64,000 nt of DNA from an uncultured Gemmatimonadales bacterium (GTDB lineage Bacteria > Gemmatimonadota > Gemmatimonadetes > Gemmatimonadales > GWC2-71-9): the NCBI GenBank assembly GCA_963846435.1, contig CAWJVX010000007.1:728817-792816 (forward strand), written 5' to 3'. Positions 45,035-55,341 of the stretch are shown in pieces (positions within the stretch are counted from its first letter, which is position 1; each line of letters begins with the position of its first letter). The notes under the pieces were generated by a model, which saw only the letters and a list, made by a program, of their open reading frames with translations, was not told the DNA's origin and made no database searches. Made by a program: the position numbers and the translations under genes.

Positions 45035-46009
45035 GCTTCGCCCGTCCCTGGCTGCTGTTGTTGCTTCTCCTGGCGCTGGCCCTCTGGTGGTGGCGCCGCC
45101 GCCAGGGGGAGCGTCCGGGAGCCAGGTACAGCGACGTGACCTTAGCGGCCGAGGCAGTCAGACGGAGCTGGTGGGTCATGCTTCCGCCGGGGCTGCGGAG
45201 CGCTCGCATTGACAGCGTTGGTCTTTGCGGCCGCGGGGCCTCGCATCGGCGGTGATACGGTGGAGGTCAAGCAGGAGGGGATCGCGATCGTCATCACGAT
45301 CGACATCTCCAGCAGCATGCTCGCGGAGGACTTCGCTCCCTCCAACCGGCTGGAGGTGGCCAAGCGCCAGGCGGTGGGCTTCATTCGCGGGCGAAGCGCC
45401 GATCGCATCGGCCTGGTGGCGTTTGCCGGCGAAGCACTGACCCAGGTGCCGGTGACTCTCGACTACCCGGTCATCGAGCAGGCCGTCATGGATCTCAAGA
45501 TCGGTAGCCTGGAAGACGGCACGGCCATCGGGAGTGGCCTGGCCACCGCGGTGAACCGGCTCCGCCGGGCACCCGACAAGTCCAAGGTGATTCTCCTGCT
45601 GACCGACGGGGAGAACAACAAGGGGCTGATCGATCCTCGCACCGCGGCGGCGACGGCGGCCGCATTCGGCATCAAGGTCTACACCATCGGCGTCGGCACC
45701 ATCGGAGAGGCCCCCATTCCAACCGGCCGGGGCCTGGGCGGCTTTCGCTACGAGCTGCTCCCCGTGCGCATCGACGAACCGCTGCTTCAGGAGATCGCCC
45801 AGAAAACCGGCGGTCGCTACTTCAGAGCCAAGGACAGCGAGGCCCTGAGCCGGATCTTCCGCCAGATCGATGCGCTGGAGAAGACACCGATTCAGGTAAC
45901 CCGCTACACCCGCTACGATGAGACCACCCGTCCATTGATCCTGCTGGGACTTGCCGCGCTCGCCCTTGAGCTCCTGGTAGCGACGACCCTCGTGGTGCGG
46001 GTCCCATGA
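45031..46009 (+). pseudogene. BatA-like vWA domain membrane protein, frame-disrupted near 45199
   Basis: N-terminal TM MSFARPWLLLLLLLALALWWW in frame 1. After PGLR the +1 frame reads ALALTALVFAAAGPRIGG...ITIDISSSM (MIDAS)...LLLTDGENN and a C-terminal TM. Confidence 0.85.
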
Positions 46010-47637
46010 CGTTCGATGCGCCGCTGCTCCTGTTTCTTGCGCCGGTACTGGCGGTCGCCTTCGCGTGCGCAGCCTGGCTGGCCCGGCGCCGCCGGATCCA
46101 GCTGGCGCGGCGGTGGTCCCCTTCGCTGGGCCGGCTGGCGCGAGGACGTGGAGGGTGGGCTCCGGCGGTGATCGGCGTCGCCACGCTGCTGGCCGCCATC
46201 GGTTTGGCCGGCCCGCGCTCCGGCCGCATCCAGGTCAAGACCGAGACCCGGGCGCTCAGTCTGGTCTTTGCCATGGATATCAGCCGATCGATGCTGGCGG
46301 AGGACGTGGCCCCCAGCCGCTTGCAGCGTGCCTCACGGGAGGCGCGCCGCCTGATTCAGGACCTGGAAGGCGATCGACTCGGCATGATCGCCTTCGCCGG
46401 GCGAAGTTACATCTTGGCTCCGCTCACCGTGGATGGTGGCGCCATCCGGATGTATCTCGATGCACTGGACCCCGATCTCGCCAGTGAGGGGGGGACCAGC
46501 CTCGCCGCCGTGCTTACCCAGGGCGCCCAGCTTCTCGGCGCCGCCACCGACGCTGCGGATCGAGTGCTGGTTCTGTTCACCGATGGCGAGGCGCATGATA
46601 CGCTGCCGGAGGCCGTCGCGGCCGCGGAAGCGCTCAAGGACGCCGGCGTGCGCCTGATCGTGGTGGCACAGGGGCGCGCGCTGCCGACACGGATACCGCT
46701 CCGGGATTCCTCGGGCACCTTGCTGGAGTACAAGCAGGACGAGGAGGGAAACGTGGTCCGGACCCAACGGCGGGACGATGTGCTGCGTGCCGTGGTGGAC
46801 GCGGCGGAAGGCACCCTGGTCCCCAACGAGCTGCCGGACCAGGCCGGCGCGGTCCGCAGCGTCGTGGGGGCGATGAAACGCAGTCCCACGTCGGACACCC
46901 GAACCAGCGATCTGATTCCCCGTGCCTGGATCCCGGTGCTGGCGGCAGGGCTGCTGCTGCTGGGGTACACCATCCTCCGGCCGGGACCGGCGCTGGTCAG
47001 CTTGGCGGGCCTCCTCCTGCTTTCGAGTACGGCCGCTGCCCAGCGCTCCACGGCCGGGGACCGGGCCATGGCGGCCGGCGACCCCGCCGGAGCCGCCGCG
47101 GCGTTCCTCAACGAGGCACGCGGCAGCGTGCGCGACACGGCATTCTATAACGCGGGTACCGCCGCCTTGGAGGCGCGACGGTTCGAGATAGCTCAAGGCG
47201 CGCTGACCGAAGCCGCCAAGTCGCTCGATCCCGACCTGAGGTACCGCGCGCTGTATAACCTCGGCGTGGCCGGCTTGCTCGCCGCTGCGGCTGACACGAC
47301 CAAGCGGGACGAGCTCCTCGATCAGGCTGCGGCCCGGCTGCGGGAGGCGTTGCTGCTGCAGCCCTCGTCGGCCCGTGCCAAATGGAACCTGGAGCTGGCC
47401 GAGCGCCGACGTCCACCGCCCGCAGGTGGTGGCGGTGGAGGAGGGAAGCCCCCGGCTGGTGGCGGTGGTGGCTCGCCTTCGGAAGAGCCTACCCGTGCCG
47501 GCAACCAGGACCAGGGGCTCAGTCAGAGCCAGGCGGAGCAGATCCTGAACTCGATGGAACGTCGCGAGCGGGAGACACGGGCGGACCAGCAGCGTCGGCT
47601 CAAGGGCAGTTCCGCCGATGGAGTCAAGGACTGGTGA
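46006..47637 (+). CDS. BatB-like vWA domain protein fused to a BatC-like TPR/Gly-rich region
   Basis: AMDISRSM MIDAS; LFTDGEAHD; internal TM. Then TPR-like AFYNAGTAALEARRFEIAQ...YRALYNLGVA; a GGGGGGGKPPAGGGGG tract; a charged tail. Confidence 0.8.
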   Translation: MTFDAPLLLFLAPVLAVAFACAAWLARRRRIQLARRWSPSLGRLARGRGGWAPAVIGVATLLAAIGLAGPRSGRIQVKTETRALSLVFAMDISRSMLAEDVAPSRLQRASREARRLIQDLEGDRLGMIAFAGRSYILAPLTVDGGAIRMYLDALDPDLASEGGTSLAAVLTQGAQLLGAATDAADRVLVLFTDGEAHDTLPEAVAAAEALKDAGVRLIVVAQGRALPTRIPLRDSSGTLLEYKQDEEGNVVRTQRRDDVLRAVVDAAEGTLVPNELPDQAGAVRSVVGAMKRSPTSDTRTSDLIPRAWIPVLAAGLLLLGYTILRPGPALVSLAGLLLLSSTAAAQRSTAGDRAMAAGDPAGAAAAFLNEARGSVRDTAFYNAGTAALEARRFEIAQGALTEAAKSLDPDLRYRALYNLGVAGLLAAAADTTKRDELLDQAAARLREALLLQPSSARAKWNLELAERRRPPPAGGGGGGGKPPAGGGGGSPSEEPTRAGNQDQGLSQSQAEQILNSMERRERETRADQQRRLKGSSADGVKDW

Positions 47638-49958
47638 TCGCTCTCCTCCTGCTGGCGCTCTTGCAGTCGGGCCCACCCGAGCTCCATGTATCGGTCGATC
47701 AGGATCGAATCTCGGTGGGAGACGAGGTGGTATATACCGCCCGGGCGATGAGCCGGTCGTCCGAGCCGATGAGTCTGACCATCGCGCCGTTCAACGGATT
47801 CGAGATCGTTTCCCGCAGCGAGCGCACCGAGGTATCGCTTTCCGGCGGTCCCATTCGCACGACTGTCTTGGAGGTCCGGCTCCGTGCGCTGCGCCCCGGG
47901 CGTTGGCAGATCGGTCCGGCCCGCGCCACTCAGGGGAGCGAAACGGCCGAAGCGGCGGCCCTGGTCGTGGATGTCGAGCCCAGCGCCGCTGTAGCCGCCA
48001 CCACGCTCAATCCCAGGCTCCGAAGCCTACTGGAGCGTACGCCGCCGCCGCCGCGAGGGAAGGCAGCAGTGGCACTGGTGGTATCGGCCGACACGGTGAG
48101 AGTCGGCGAACAGGTCGACGTCGTCACCGCTGCCTGGTTTCCTCGCGACCTGCGCCTGCAGCTTCGCCGCCCGCCGACCCTGCAACCGCCGGTGATCGAC
48201 GGTGTGTGGAGCTATCCGCAGGCTGCGCCCTCGGGCATCGCGGTCACCCGCAACATCGGCGGCATCGCCTACGACCTCTTCGTAGCTCACCAGGTGGTGT
48301 TCCCCCTGGTGGCGGGGACGATTGCGATTCCCCGGGCCATGCTAAAGTACACCACCCCGCTCGCGCTCCAGTTTTTCAGTCAGGAGGAGCGTTTTGCGCT
48401 GAGCAGCCTGCCCGAGTCGCTGACCGTGCGGGCACTGCCGCCCGAAGGCCGTCCAGCGGACTTCAACGGTGCGGTAGGCACGGCGCTCCGGGTGGAGCGC
48501 CGGATTACTCCTCCCACTGCCCACCCTGGGGAAGGCGTAGCCGTTGACCTGGTGCTCTCCGGTATTGGAAATTCGGCCCTCTGGCCGCCTCCCGCGATTC
48601 AATGGCCTCGCACCGCCCGGGCATACGCAGATCGGGTCGATGAACAGGTGACTACCGTGGACGGCCGGCTGGGCGGGGTCAAGACCTTCAGGTATCTGCT
48701 GGTGCCCGACTCGGTGGGGCCACTGGCCCTGTCGCCGATGAGCTATTCCTATTACGACCTGGCGGCCCGCGCTTACCGCTCGGTGGGCACCGGAGCGGCT
48801 TCGCTGCCGGTGGCGGCAGGGGGCGAGTCGGCCAGCTCCGAGGCTCTGCCGCCCGCGCTTTTGCCGGGCGGGTCTCCCCCTCTTGCCCGGCGGGTTGCAC
48901 AAGTGGTTCCGGATTGGGGTTGGGCCGTGATTCTCTTGCTGCCTCCGCTGGCCATTTTCGGCCGCGGGTTGCGTCCCCGGCGCCGGCGCCGGCAGGTCAT
49001 CCCTCCAGCAACGGGGCTCCGCGGCGCGGAGCAAGAGCTCGATGCGGTGGTGCGCAGCCTGGTGCCTGATCCCGACCATCGCTCTCGCACCGGACTCGCG
49101 GCGGCGGTGCGGGCGGCCGGTGGTGATGCCGACACGGCCTGGAGACTCGCCGCGGCCCGGGAGCAGCTTCTGGCTCGGCGCTATGGACCCGGGGCTCCCT
49201 CGGAAGAGGATGCGGCGCTGGTCGCCGAAGTTCAGGAGTTGATGCGCCGCCTTGGAGGCTCACTTCGCGGTTGGCGTGGGCGTGGCGTTGCAGCCGGCCT
49301 GTTGGTCGGGGTGCTTGCCGCAGGCCTCGCGGCCCAGTCTCCTCCGCCGGAGCGGCTCTACGAGAGCGGCGCCCTTCGCGCGGCGGCCGACGGGTTCGCG
49401 CGCCGGGCCGAGCTGGAACCGACCGTCGCGGCCCATTGGTACGACCTCGGTGCATCCTATTACCGGTTGGGGTTGAAGGGTCACGCCGCCGCCGCCTGGT
49501 ACCGTGCCCGCCGGCTCGAGCCGCGCGAACCCGCGATCCGGCGTGCCCTCCGGCTTACGCCGCCACCGGACGCAACCTCGGACCGGTGGACTTGGTCCCC
49601 GCCCGTTACACCCGAGGAGCTGCTGCTCCTGGGGGCGCTGGGCTGGCTGCTTGGCTGGGTTGCCTGGGTGTTGCGCCCCCGGCAACGAGACCGGTGGTTG
49701 ATCCTGCTCGCCTTCTCGGCTGCGACGGTGGTCGCAGGTTTTGGATTGCGCGCGTGGTACCGGCGGCCGGTCGGTATCGTCCTGGATGGAACGACGCTGC
49801 GACTCTCTCCCCACGGTCGGGCGCCCGCACTCGGCCCGCTGGACGCCGGGGGGGCCGTAGAGATCTTGAGGAGTAATCGAGGATGGGTCATGGTGCGCGT
49901 TGCCGGCTCCCGCGAAGGGTGGGTTGCCTCGGACGCCATCGCCGCTATCGGCGGATAG
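47634..49958 (+). CDS. BatD-like oxygen-tolerance protein fused to TPR and a C-terminal SH3-like (BatE-like) region
   Basis: GTG 47634 overlaps the upstream TGA. BatD-like N-domain LHVSVDQDRISVGDEVVYT...; internal TMs; TPR-like WYDLGASYYRLGLKGHAAAAWYRARRLEP. Terminal GWVMVRVAGSREGWVASDAI. Confidence 0.7.
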   Translation: MIALLLLALLQSGPPELHVSVDQDRISVGDEVVYTARAMSRSSEPMSLTIAPFNGFEIVSRSERTEVSLSGGPIRTTVLEVRLRALRPGRWQIGPARATQGSETAEAAALVVDVEPSAAVAATTLNPRLRSLLERTPPPPRGKAAVALVVSADTVRVGEQVDVVTAAWFPRDLRLQLRRPPTLQPPVIDGVWSYPQAAPSGIAVTRNIGGIAYDLFVAHQVVFPLVAGTIAIPRAMLKYTTPLALQFFSQEERFALSSLPESLTVRALPPEGRPADFNGAVGTALRVERRITPPTAHPGEGVAVDLVLSGIGNSALWPPPAIQWPRTARAYADRVDEQVTTVDGRLGGVKTFRYLLVPDSVGPLALSPMSYSYYDLAARAYRSVGTGAASLPVAAGGESASSEALPPALLPGGSPPLARRVAQVVPDWGWAVILLLPPLAIFGRGLRPRRRRRQVIPPATGLRGAEQELDAVVRSLVPDPDHRSRTGLAAAVRAAGGDADTAWRLAAAREQLLARRYGPGAPSEEDAALVAEVQELMRRLGGSLRGWRGRGVAAGLLVGVLAAGLAAQSPPPERLYESGALRAAADGFARRAELEPTVAAHWYDLGASYYRLGLKGHAAAAWYRARRLEPREPAIRRALRLTPPPDATSDRWTWSPPVTPEELLLLGALGWLLGWVAWVLRPRQRDRWLILLAFSAATVVAGFGLRAWYRRPVGIVLDGTTLRLSPHGRAPALGPLDAGGAVEILRSNRGWVMVRVAGSREGWVASDAIAAIGG

Positions 49959-49967
49959 ATTTCCTCG

Positions 49968-51680
49968 ATGTCCCGCCGGATTGCAATTCTGCCCGATGCT
50001 GTCGCCGATCAGATCGCGGCTGGTGAGGTGGTCGAACGGCCCGCGTCCGTGGTTAAGGAGCTGGTCGAGAACTCCCTCGACGCCGGTGCCCGCCATGTGC
50101 GCGTGGAGCTGGAGAACGGTGGCAAGGTGCGGATCGAGGTCAGCGATGACGGCAGTGGCATGGGACGTGAGGATGCCGTGCTCGCCCTCGACCGGCATGC
50201 CACCAGCAAGGTGCGTAGCGCTGCGGACCTGGTAGGTGTGGCGACGTTCGGTTTCCGCGGCGAAGCGCTTCCCGCCATCGCGTCGGTATCCCGCCTCGGC
50301 CTGGTCACCCACGACGGCGAGGGCGAGGGGTCGGACCTTACCGTGGTTGGTGGACGGCTGGAACGAGTTGTTCCGGCCGCGCGGCAGCGGGGAACCACGG
50401 TCACCATCCGCGGCCTGTTCTTCAACACGCCCGCCCGCCGCAAGTTTCTTCGCTCCGCCGCGAGCGAGACCCGGGCCTCGCATGAGGCGGTTGCCACACT
50501 GGCCCTGGCGCACCCCGAGTCGGGCTTCGAGCTCCACATCGACGGTACCTGCCGTCTCGCCGTGCCCGCGGGCCAGGAACCGGCCGAGCGGCTGGCAGCT
50601 GTGTGGGGACACGACCTCGCGGGCACTCTGATCCCGGTGCAGTACGCTGCCGGTGCCTTTCAGGTCAGTGGATACGTTCAGCGGCCTGGTGATGCGCAGC
50701 CCACCGGGCGACGGACTCAGCTGTTCGTCAACGGGCGCCCATTCAAGGACCCGTTCCTCGTTCGGGCGGCCGAGGCCGGCTATCGTGCCGCCATCCATCC
50801 CGGCGATCGCCCCTCGATCTATCTCCGCATTCAGGTTGCTGCCGAAGAGGTGGATGTAAACGTTCATCCAGCCAAGCTGGAGGTTCGGTTTCGGGACCGG
50901 ATTGGTGCGGAACGGGTGGTCGAGGAAGCGGTTCGTTCCGCACTCGGCGCCCTGGTGGCGGCGGCTCCGGTGGGTGATTGGCGACCGTTGCCTGTGGCCG
51001 GCGGAAGCGGGCACATGGCAGGTTCGATCCGTTACCTGGATGATCCGAGTCAACTCTTCTCGGAGACTCCACCCCTTTCCGGAAACGAGGCGCCCGACGC
51101 GACAGCGGGCTTTGACGTACCCCTGGTCCAGGTGTTCGACAGCTACATCATGTACGAAGGTCCCGATGGAGTGATCATTGTGGACCAACATTCCGCCCAC
51201 GAGCGGGTGCTCTACGAAGCCGTGCTCGTCCAGCTCAGCGGCGTCGGCGCGCCGGCTCAGCGGCTCCTGCTTCCGCTTACCCTGGAGTTGACCGACGAAG
51301 AGCTGGATGCCTTTGAGGCGCACGGGGAGGAGCTGCGGCGAGTCGGGTTCGAGGCGGAAGCGTTCGGTGGTCGCGCGGTGGTGGTGCATGCCGTACCCAC
51401 CCCGCATCCGCGTTTCGATGCGGGGGCTTGCTTCCAGGAGATGATCGCCGATCTGGCCCGCGGCCGGTTCGGTGGCTGGGCCAACCGGCTGGAACGATTC
51501 GCGGCTACCTACGCCTGCCGCGCCGCGGTCAAGGCCGGGCAGCGACTCACCGAGCGCGAGATGCGGGAGCTGCTCCTCCGGCTGTTCGCTACCGACCTTC
51601 CGCCGCACGATGTCCACGGCCGGGCGACCATCGTACAGCTTCCCCGGGAGGAGTTGGAGCGCCGGTTTGGCCGGCGCTAG
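49968..51680 (+). CDS. mutL: DNA mismatch repair protein MutL
   Basis: IAAGEVVERPASVVKELVENSLDAG; DDGSGM; FGFRGEALPAIASVSRL. 570 aa. Confidence 0.95.
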   Translation: MSRRIAILPDAVADQIAAGEVVERPASVVKELVENSLDAGARHVRVELENGGKVRIEVSDDGSGMGREDAVLALDRHATSKVRSAADLVGVATFGFRGEALPAIASVSRLGLVTHDGEGEGSDLTVVGGRLERVVPAARQRGTTVTIRGLFFNTPARRKFLRSAASETRASHEAVATLALAHPESGFELHIDGTCRLAVPAGQEPAERLAAVWGHDLAGTLIPVQYAAGAFQVSGYVQRPGDAQPTGRRTQLFVNGRPFKDPFLVRAAEAGYRAAIHPGDRPSIYLRIQVAAEEVDVNVHPAKLEVRFRDRIGAERVVEEAVRSALGALVAAAPVGDWRPLPVAGGSGHMAGSIRYLDDPSQLFSETPPLSGNEAPDATAGFDVPLVQVFDSYIMYEGPDGVIIVDQHSAHERVLYEAVLVQLSGVGAPAQRLLLPLTLELTDEELDAFEAHGEELRRVGFEAEAFGGRAVVVHAVPTPHPRFDAGACFQEMIADLARGRFGGWANRLERFAATYACRAAVKAGQRLTEREMRELLLRLFATDLPPHDVHGRATIVQLPREELERRFGRR

Positions 51681-52602
51681 GGTTCCCGTGTTGGTCGGCC
51701 CGACAGCGGTCGGCAAGACCGCGGTGGCGCTGGCGCTGGCAGCGCATTGGCCGTTGGAGATCATCTCGGCCGACTCCCGCCAGGTCTACCGCCGCCTGGA
51801 CATCGGCACCGCGAAGCCCAGCCGGAAGGAACGGGCCCGGGTACCGCACCACGGATTGGACCTGGTCGATCCCGGTGCCCGATACAGCGCGGGTCATTTC
51901 GCCCGAGATGCGGTACGCTGGCTGGGTGAGATCCGGGGCAGGGCCAACCTGCCGGTGGTCGTCGGCGGTACCGGTCTCTATGTGCGGGCACTGGCCGAGG
52001 GCCTGTTTGCCGAGCCGGCGCTCGACCCAGCCCGGCGCCGATCGCTGGACGCGTGGACGGCACGACTGGAGCCGATCGAGCTGCTTCGCTGGGCGGCCCG
52101 GCTCGACCCGGGGTTCGGGGGTGGGGGGCGGCAGCGTGCTGCCCGGGCCATCGAAGTGGCACTCCTGAGCGGAAGGCCGCTCTCCTACTGGCAGCAGGCC
52201 GCGCGGGCTCAGGGATCGTTGGACCCGTGGTACATTGTTCTCACCGTGCCCCGACCGGTGCTCCATCAGCGGATTGCCCGGCGAGCGGACGACATGGTTC
52301 GGCGCGGGCTCATCGAGGAAGTCGCTGCCGTGCTGGCCGAGGGACACGGGGCCACCACACCAGGCCTCGACGGCATCGGCATTCGTGAGGCTGTCCAGTA
52401 TCTCCACGGCATGCGCCCGCGAGAGTCCGTGGCTGAGGCGATCGCGGTCGGCACCCGCCAGTACGCCAAACGGCAGCAGACCTGGTTCAAGCACCAGCTC
52501 GGGGGCGGCGTAATCACCCTGGATGCAACCCGGCCGCCGGAGAAGCTGGCAGCTGAGATCGCTGGTTTGTGGGAGAATACCCGAAAGCCAATAGCCCTAT
52601 GA
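51667..52602 (+). CDS. miaA: tRNA dimethylallyltransferase MiaA
   Basis: VLVGPTAVGKTAVAL P-loop; IISADSRQVYRRLDIGTAKP; GGTGLY. The start is taken as TTG 51667; GTG 51688 is an alternative. Confidence 0.88.
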   Translation: MAGARVPVLVGPTAVGKTAVALALAAHWPLEIISADSRQVYRRLDIGTAKPSRKERARVPHHGLDLVDPGARYSAGHFARDAVRWLGEIRGRANLPVVVGGTGLYVRALAEGLFAEPALDPARRRSLDAWTARLEPIELLRWAARLDPGFGGGGRQRAARAIEVALLSGRPLSYWQQAARAQGSLDPWYIVLTVPRPVLHQRIARRADDMVRRGLIEEVAAVLAEGHGATTPGLDGIGIREAVQYLHGMRPRESVAEAIAVGTRQYAKRQQTWFKHQLGGGVITLDATRPPEKLAAEIAGLWENTRKPIAL

Positions 52603-53723
52603 AAATCGGAATCACCTGCTATCCCACATACGGCGGCTCGGGGGCTGTGGCCACCGAGCTGGGCCTCGACCTTGCCCGCCGCGGCCACGAGGTCCACTTC
52701 ATTACCTACGACTCGCCCTTCCGGCTCCGGAGCTACACCGAGCGAGTGTACTTCCATCAAGTCGAAACCCGGATGGGGCGCTATCCGCTGTTTGATCACT
52801 TTCCCTACACCCTCGCCCTGGCCTCGAAGCAGCACGAGGTGGTGTTGCGGGAAGAGCTCGATCTCTTGCATGTCCACTACGCCATCCCTCATGCCACGAC
52901 GGCCTATCTGGCTCGCGAGATGCTGAAAGGCGAGCGGCAGCTGCGGGTCATCACCACCCTCCACGGCACCGACATCACCCTGGTTGGCCAGGAGTCCAGC
53001 TTCTACGCCATCACCAAGTTCTCGATCGAGCGATCCGATGGCGTCACGGCTGTCTCGAACTATCTCCGGGACGAAACGTATCGCGCGTTTGGCTGCGGAC
53101 AGTGCGATGTCAGGATGGTCCCGAACTTCGTCAACCTCCTGGAGTATCGCCCTGGCGAACCCGGGTGCCGGGGAACCGTGGCGCCTGAAGGCCACAAGGT
53201 GATCAGCCACGTCTCCAACTTCCGCGAGGTGAAGCGGGTCAAGGACGTGGTCCGGGTATTCGCCCGGGTGCGCCGGGCCATGCCCGCTACTCTGGTGATG
53301 ATCGGAGACGGGCCCGAGCGGGTAGACGCGGAAAACGAGGCGCGTGATCTCGCGGTCACCGACGACGTGCGGTTTCTTGGCCGGCTGGATTCGGTCGCAT
53401 CGCTGCTTCAGGCCAGCGACCTGTTCATCCTCCCGTCACAGACCGAGTCGTTCGGCCTGGCGGCGCTGGAGGCAATGGCGTGCGGGGCACCGGTCGTCGC
53501 GAGCCGCGCGGGTGGACTGCCCGAGGTCATCGATGATGGGATCAACGGGATCCTCGAGCCTGTCGGTTCAGTCGAGGCAATGGGACGCCGGGCCGTGGAG
53601 CTGCTGCGCGACCCCGAACGTCATGCTGCCATGCGGGCGGCGGCCATTGCCAAGGCCGAACAGTTCTCGGCCGACAGGGTTGTGCCCATGTACGAGGCGT
53701 ACTATCGGGAAGTGCTCGGGTGA
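52599..53723 (+). CDS. bshA: N-acetyl-alpha-D-glucosaminyl L-malate synthase BshA (GT4, bacillithiol biosynthesis)
   Basis: MKIGITCYPTYGGSGAVATELG...HVHYAIPHA...TLHGTDITLVG...HVSNFREVKRVKDVVRVF...ESFGLAALEAMACG. Collinear with Bacillus BshA as I recall it. ATGA overlap with miaA. Confidence 0.85.
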   Translation: MKIGITCYPTYGGSGAVATELGLDLARRGHEVHFITYDSPFRLRSYTERVYFHQVETRMGRYPLFDHFPYTLALASKQHEVVLREELDLLHVHYAIPHATTAYLAREMLKGERQLRVITTLHGTDITLVGQESSFYAITKFSIERSDGVTAVSNYLRDETYRAFGCGQCDVRMVPNFVNLLEYRPGEPGCRGTVAPEGHKVISHVSNFREVKRVKDVVRVFARVRRAMPATLVMIGDGPERVDAENEARDLAVTDDVRFLGRLDSVASLLQASDLFILPSQTESFGLAALEAMACGAPVVASRAGGLPEVIDDGINGILEPVGSVEAMGRRAVELLRDPERHAAMRAAAIAKAEQFSADRVVPMYEAYYREVLG

Positions 53724-53732
53724 GGCGGGCCA

Positions 53733-54530
53733 GTGTCGCCTGAGCTCCTGCTGAAGGGTGCCATACTCGGCCTGGTAGAAGGGGCGACCGAGTTCATTCC
53801 GGTCTCCTCTACCGGCCACCTCATCGTGGTGAGCAGCTGGCTCGGACTGGTAGACGAGCGGGCCAAGACCTTCGACGTCTTCATTCAGCTCGGAGCGATC
53901 CTTGCGATAGTCTGGCTCTACCGCGCTCGGCTGGCCGCCGCGGCCGCGGGCGCCCTCCGTGGCGGGGCAAGTCGCCGGTTTCTCACCAATCTCTTCATTG
54001 CCTTTCTCCCGGCGGCTGTGGTGGGCTTGCTCGCTCACGCATGGATCAAGGAGCGACTCTTTACCCCGTTCGTAGTAGCGATTGCGCTGATCGTGGGCGG
54101 AATCCTCATTCTGGTGATCGAACGGTGGGCCCCTAAACCCAGGGTCCACGACGTGACCGAGGTGCCACCCCGAACGGCGTTCGGAATCGGCCTGGCCCAG
54201 GTGCTATCTCTCATTCCGGGGACATCCCGATCGGGGGCCACCATCATGGGTGGATATGCGCTGGGACTCTCTCGAGTCGCCGCCACAGAGTTCTCCTTCT
54301 TTCTGGCGATTCCGGTGATGCTCGCCGCGACACTCTATGATCTGATGAAAAGCTGGTCGGTGCTTGCGCCGAGTGACATCCCGCTGTTCAGCGTTGGGTT
54401 CATTGTCTCGTTTGTGTCGGCGTTGATCGTCGTCCAGGCATTTCTGTCCTATGTATCCGGGCACAGCTTCAAGGCATTCGCCTGGTACCGCATCGGGTTT
54501 GGGGCGGTCCTGTTGTTGACCAGAGGATAG
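53733..54530 (+). CDS. uppP: Undecaprenyl-diphosphate phosphatase
   Basis: GLVEGATEFIPVSSTGHL and IPGTSRSGATI motifs. 8-TM profile. Confidence 0.93.
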   Translation: MSPELLLKGAILGLVEGATEFIPVSSTGHLIVVSSWLGLVDERAKTFDVFIQLGAILAIVWLYRARLAAAAAGALRGGASRRFLTNLFIAFLPAAVVGLLAHAWIKERLFTPFVVAIALIVGGILILVIERWAPKPRVHDVTEVPPRTAFGIGLAQVLSLIPGTSRSGATIMGGYALGLSRVAATEFSFFLAIPVMLAATLYDLMKSWSVLAPSDIPLFSVGFIVSFVSALIVVQAFLSYVSGHSFKAFAWYRIGFGAVLLLTRG

Positions 54531-54613
54531 GCGCAGATGGCCGCCAATCACAGAACCGTCCGTGCCTTGAACCTGGTAGCGGCGGCGGAGGGATCTGCGC
54601 CGTTGGGTCACCC

Positions 54614-55333
54614 GTGACTTCCCGTTTGCACTACTTCGACCGGGTCAGCTCGACGATGGACGTCATTCATCACTTGGCGTCGGAGGGAGCCCCGCCCGGA
54701 ACCGCCGTGCTCGCCGGCGAGCAGCTCGAGGGACGAGGGTCACGCGGCCGAACGTGGCACTCGCCGATTGGCGGCCTGTGGCTGAGCGTGGTATTCCAGC
54801 CACCGGCCGTCGAGGGCATCGAAGTGATCAGTCTCCGGGTAGGCTTGGCGGTTGCCGAGGCCATCCAGACCCTGGTGCCGAAGCCGCTACAACTGAAATG
54901 GCCCAACGACCTCATGGTCGAGGGTCGCAAGGTTGGCGGCGTGCTGTGCGAGGCCCGGTGGCAGGGAGAGGTTCTGGGGTGGGTGGCGGTCGGCATCGGG
55001 ATGAACATCCGCAACCATGTCCCGGACGAGCTCCGGGCAGTGGCCATCTCGCTGGCTGACGTGGTTCCCGATATTACCGTCGAAGAGATCGCCACCCCCG
55101 TCCTGGCGGGGTTGAGAGGGCTCGATCTCGGCACCGGCAGACTTTCGCCGGATGAGCTGAACCGATTCGCCCGCCGCAATTGGCTGCGAGGCCGGATGAT
55201 CCGCGAGCCGGTTGTGGGTAAGGTCACCGGCGTCGGTGAGGATGGGGCGCTGCTGGTGCGCACCGCCTCAGGATCAGACGTTTCGCTCCGCAGCGGCACC
55301 GTGGAGTTGGCCGCCGCTTCCCCTAGCCGGTAA
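54614..55333 (+). CDS. birA: Biotin--[acetyl-CoA-carboxylase] ligase (no N-terminal HTH)
   Basis: GEQLEGRGSRGRTWHSPIGGLWLS and KWPNDLMVEGRKVGGVL. Confidence 0.88.
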   Translation: MTSRLHYFDRVSSTMDVIHHLASEGAPPGTAVLAGEQLEGRGSRGRTWHSPIGGLWLSVVFQPPAVEGIEVISLRVGLAVAEAIQTLVPKPLQLKWPNDLMVEGRKVGGVLCEARWQGEVLGWVAVGIGMNIRNHVPDELRAVAISLADVVPDITVEEIATPVLAGLRGLDLGTGRLSPDELNRFARRNWLRGRMIREPVVGKVTGVGEDGALLVRTASGSDVSLRSGTVELAAASPSR

Positions 55334-55341
55334 CTTCGCCC

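Noticed and set aside
47382-47633. N-terminal 84-aa extension of the BatD-like ORF (ORF track start 47382).
   Set aside because: This segment overlaps the BatB-C gene in another frame and is Trp/Arg-rich nonsense. GTG 47634 overlaps the upstream TGA and is followed by a proper signal/TM sequence.
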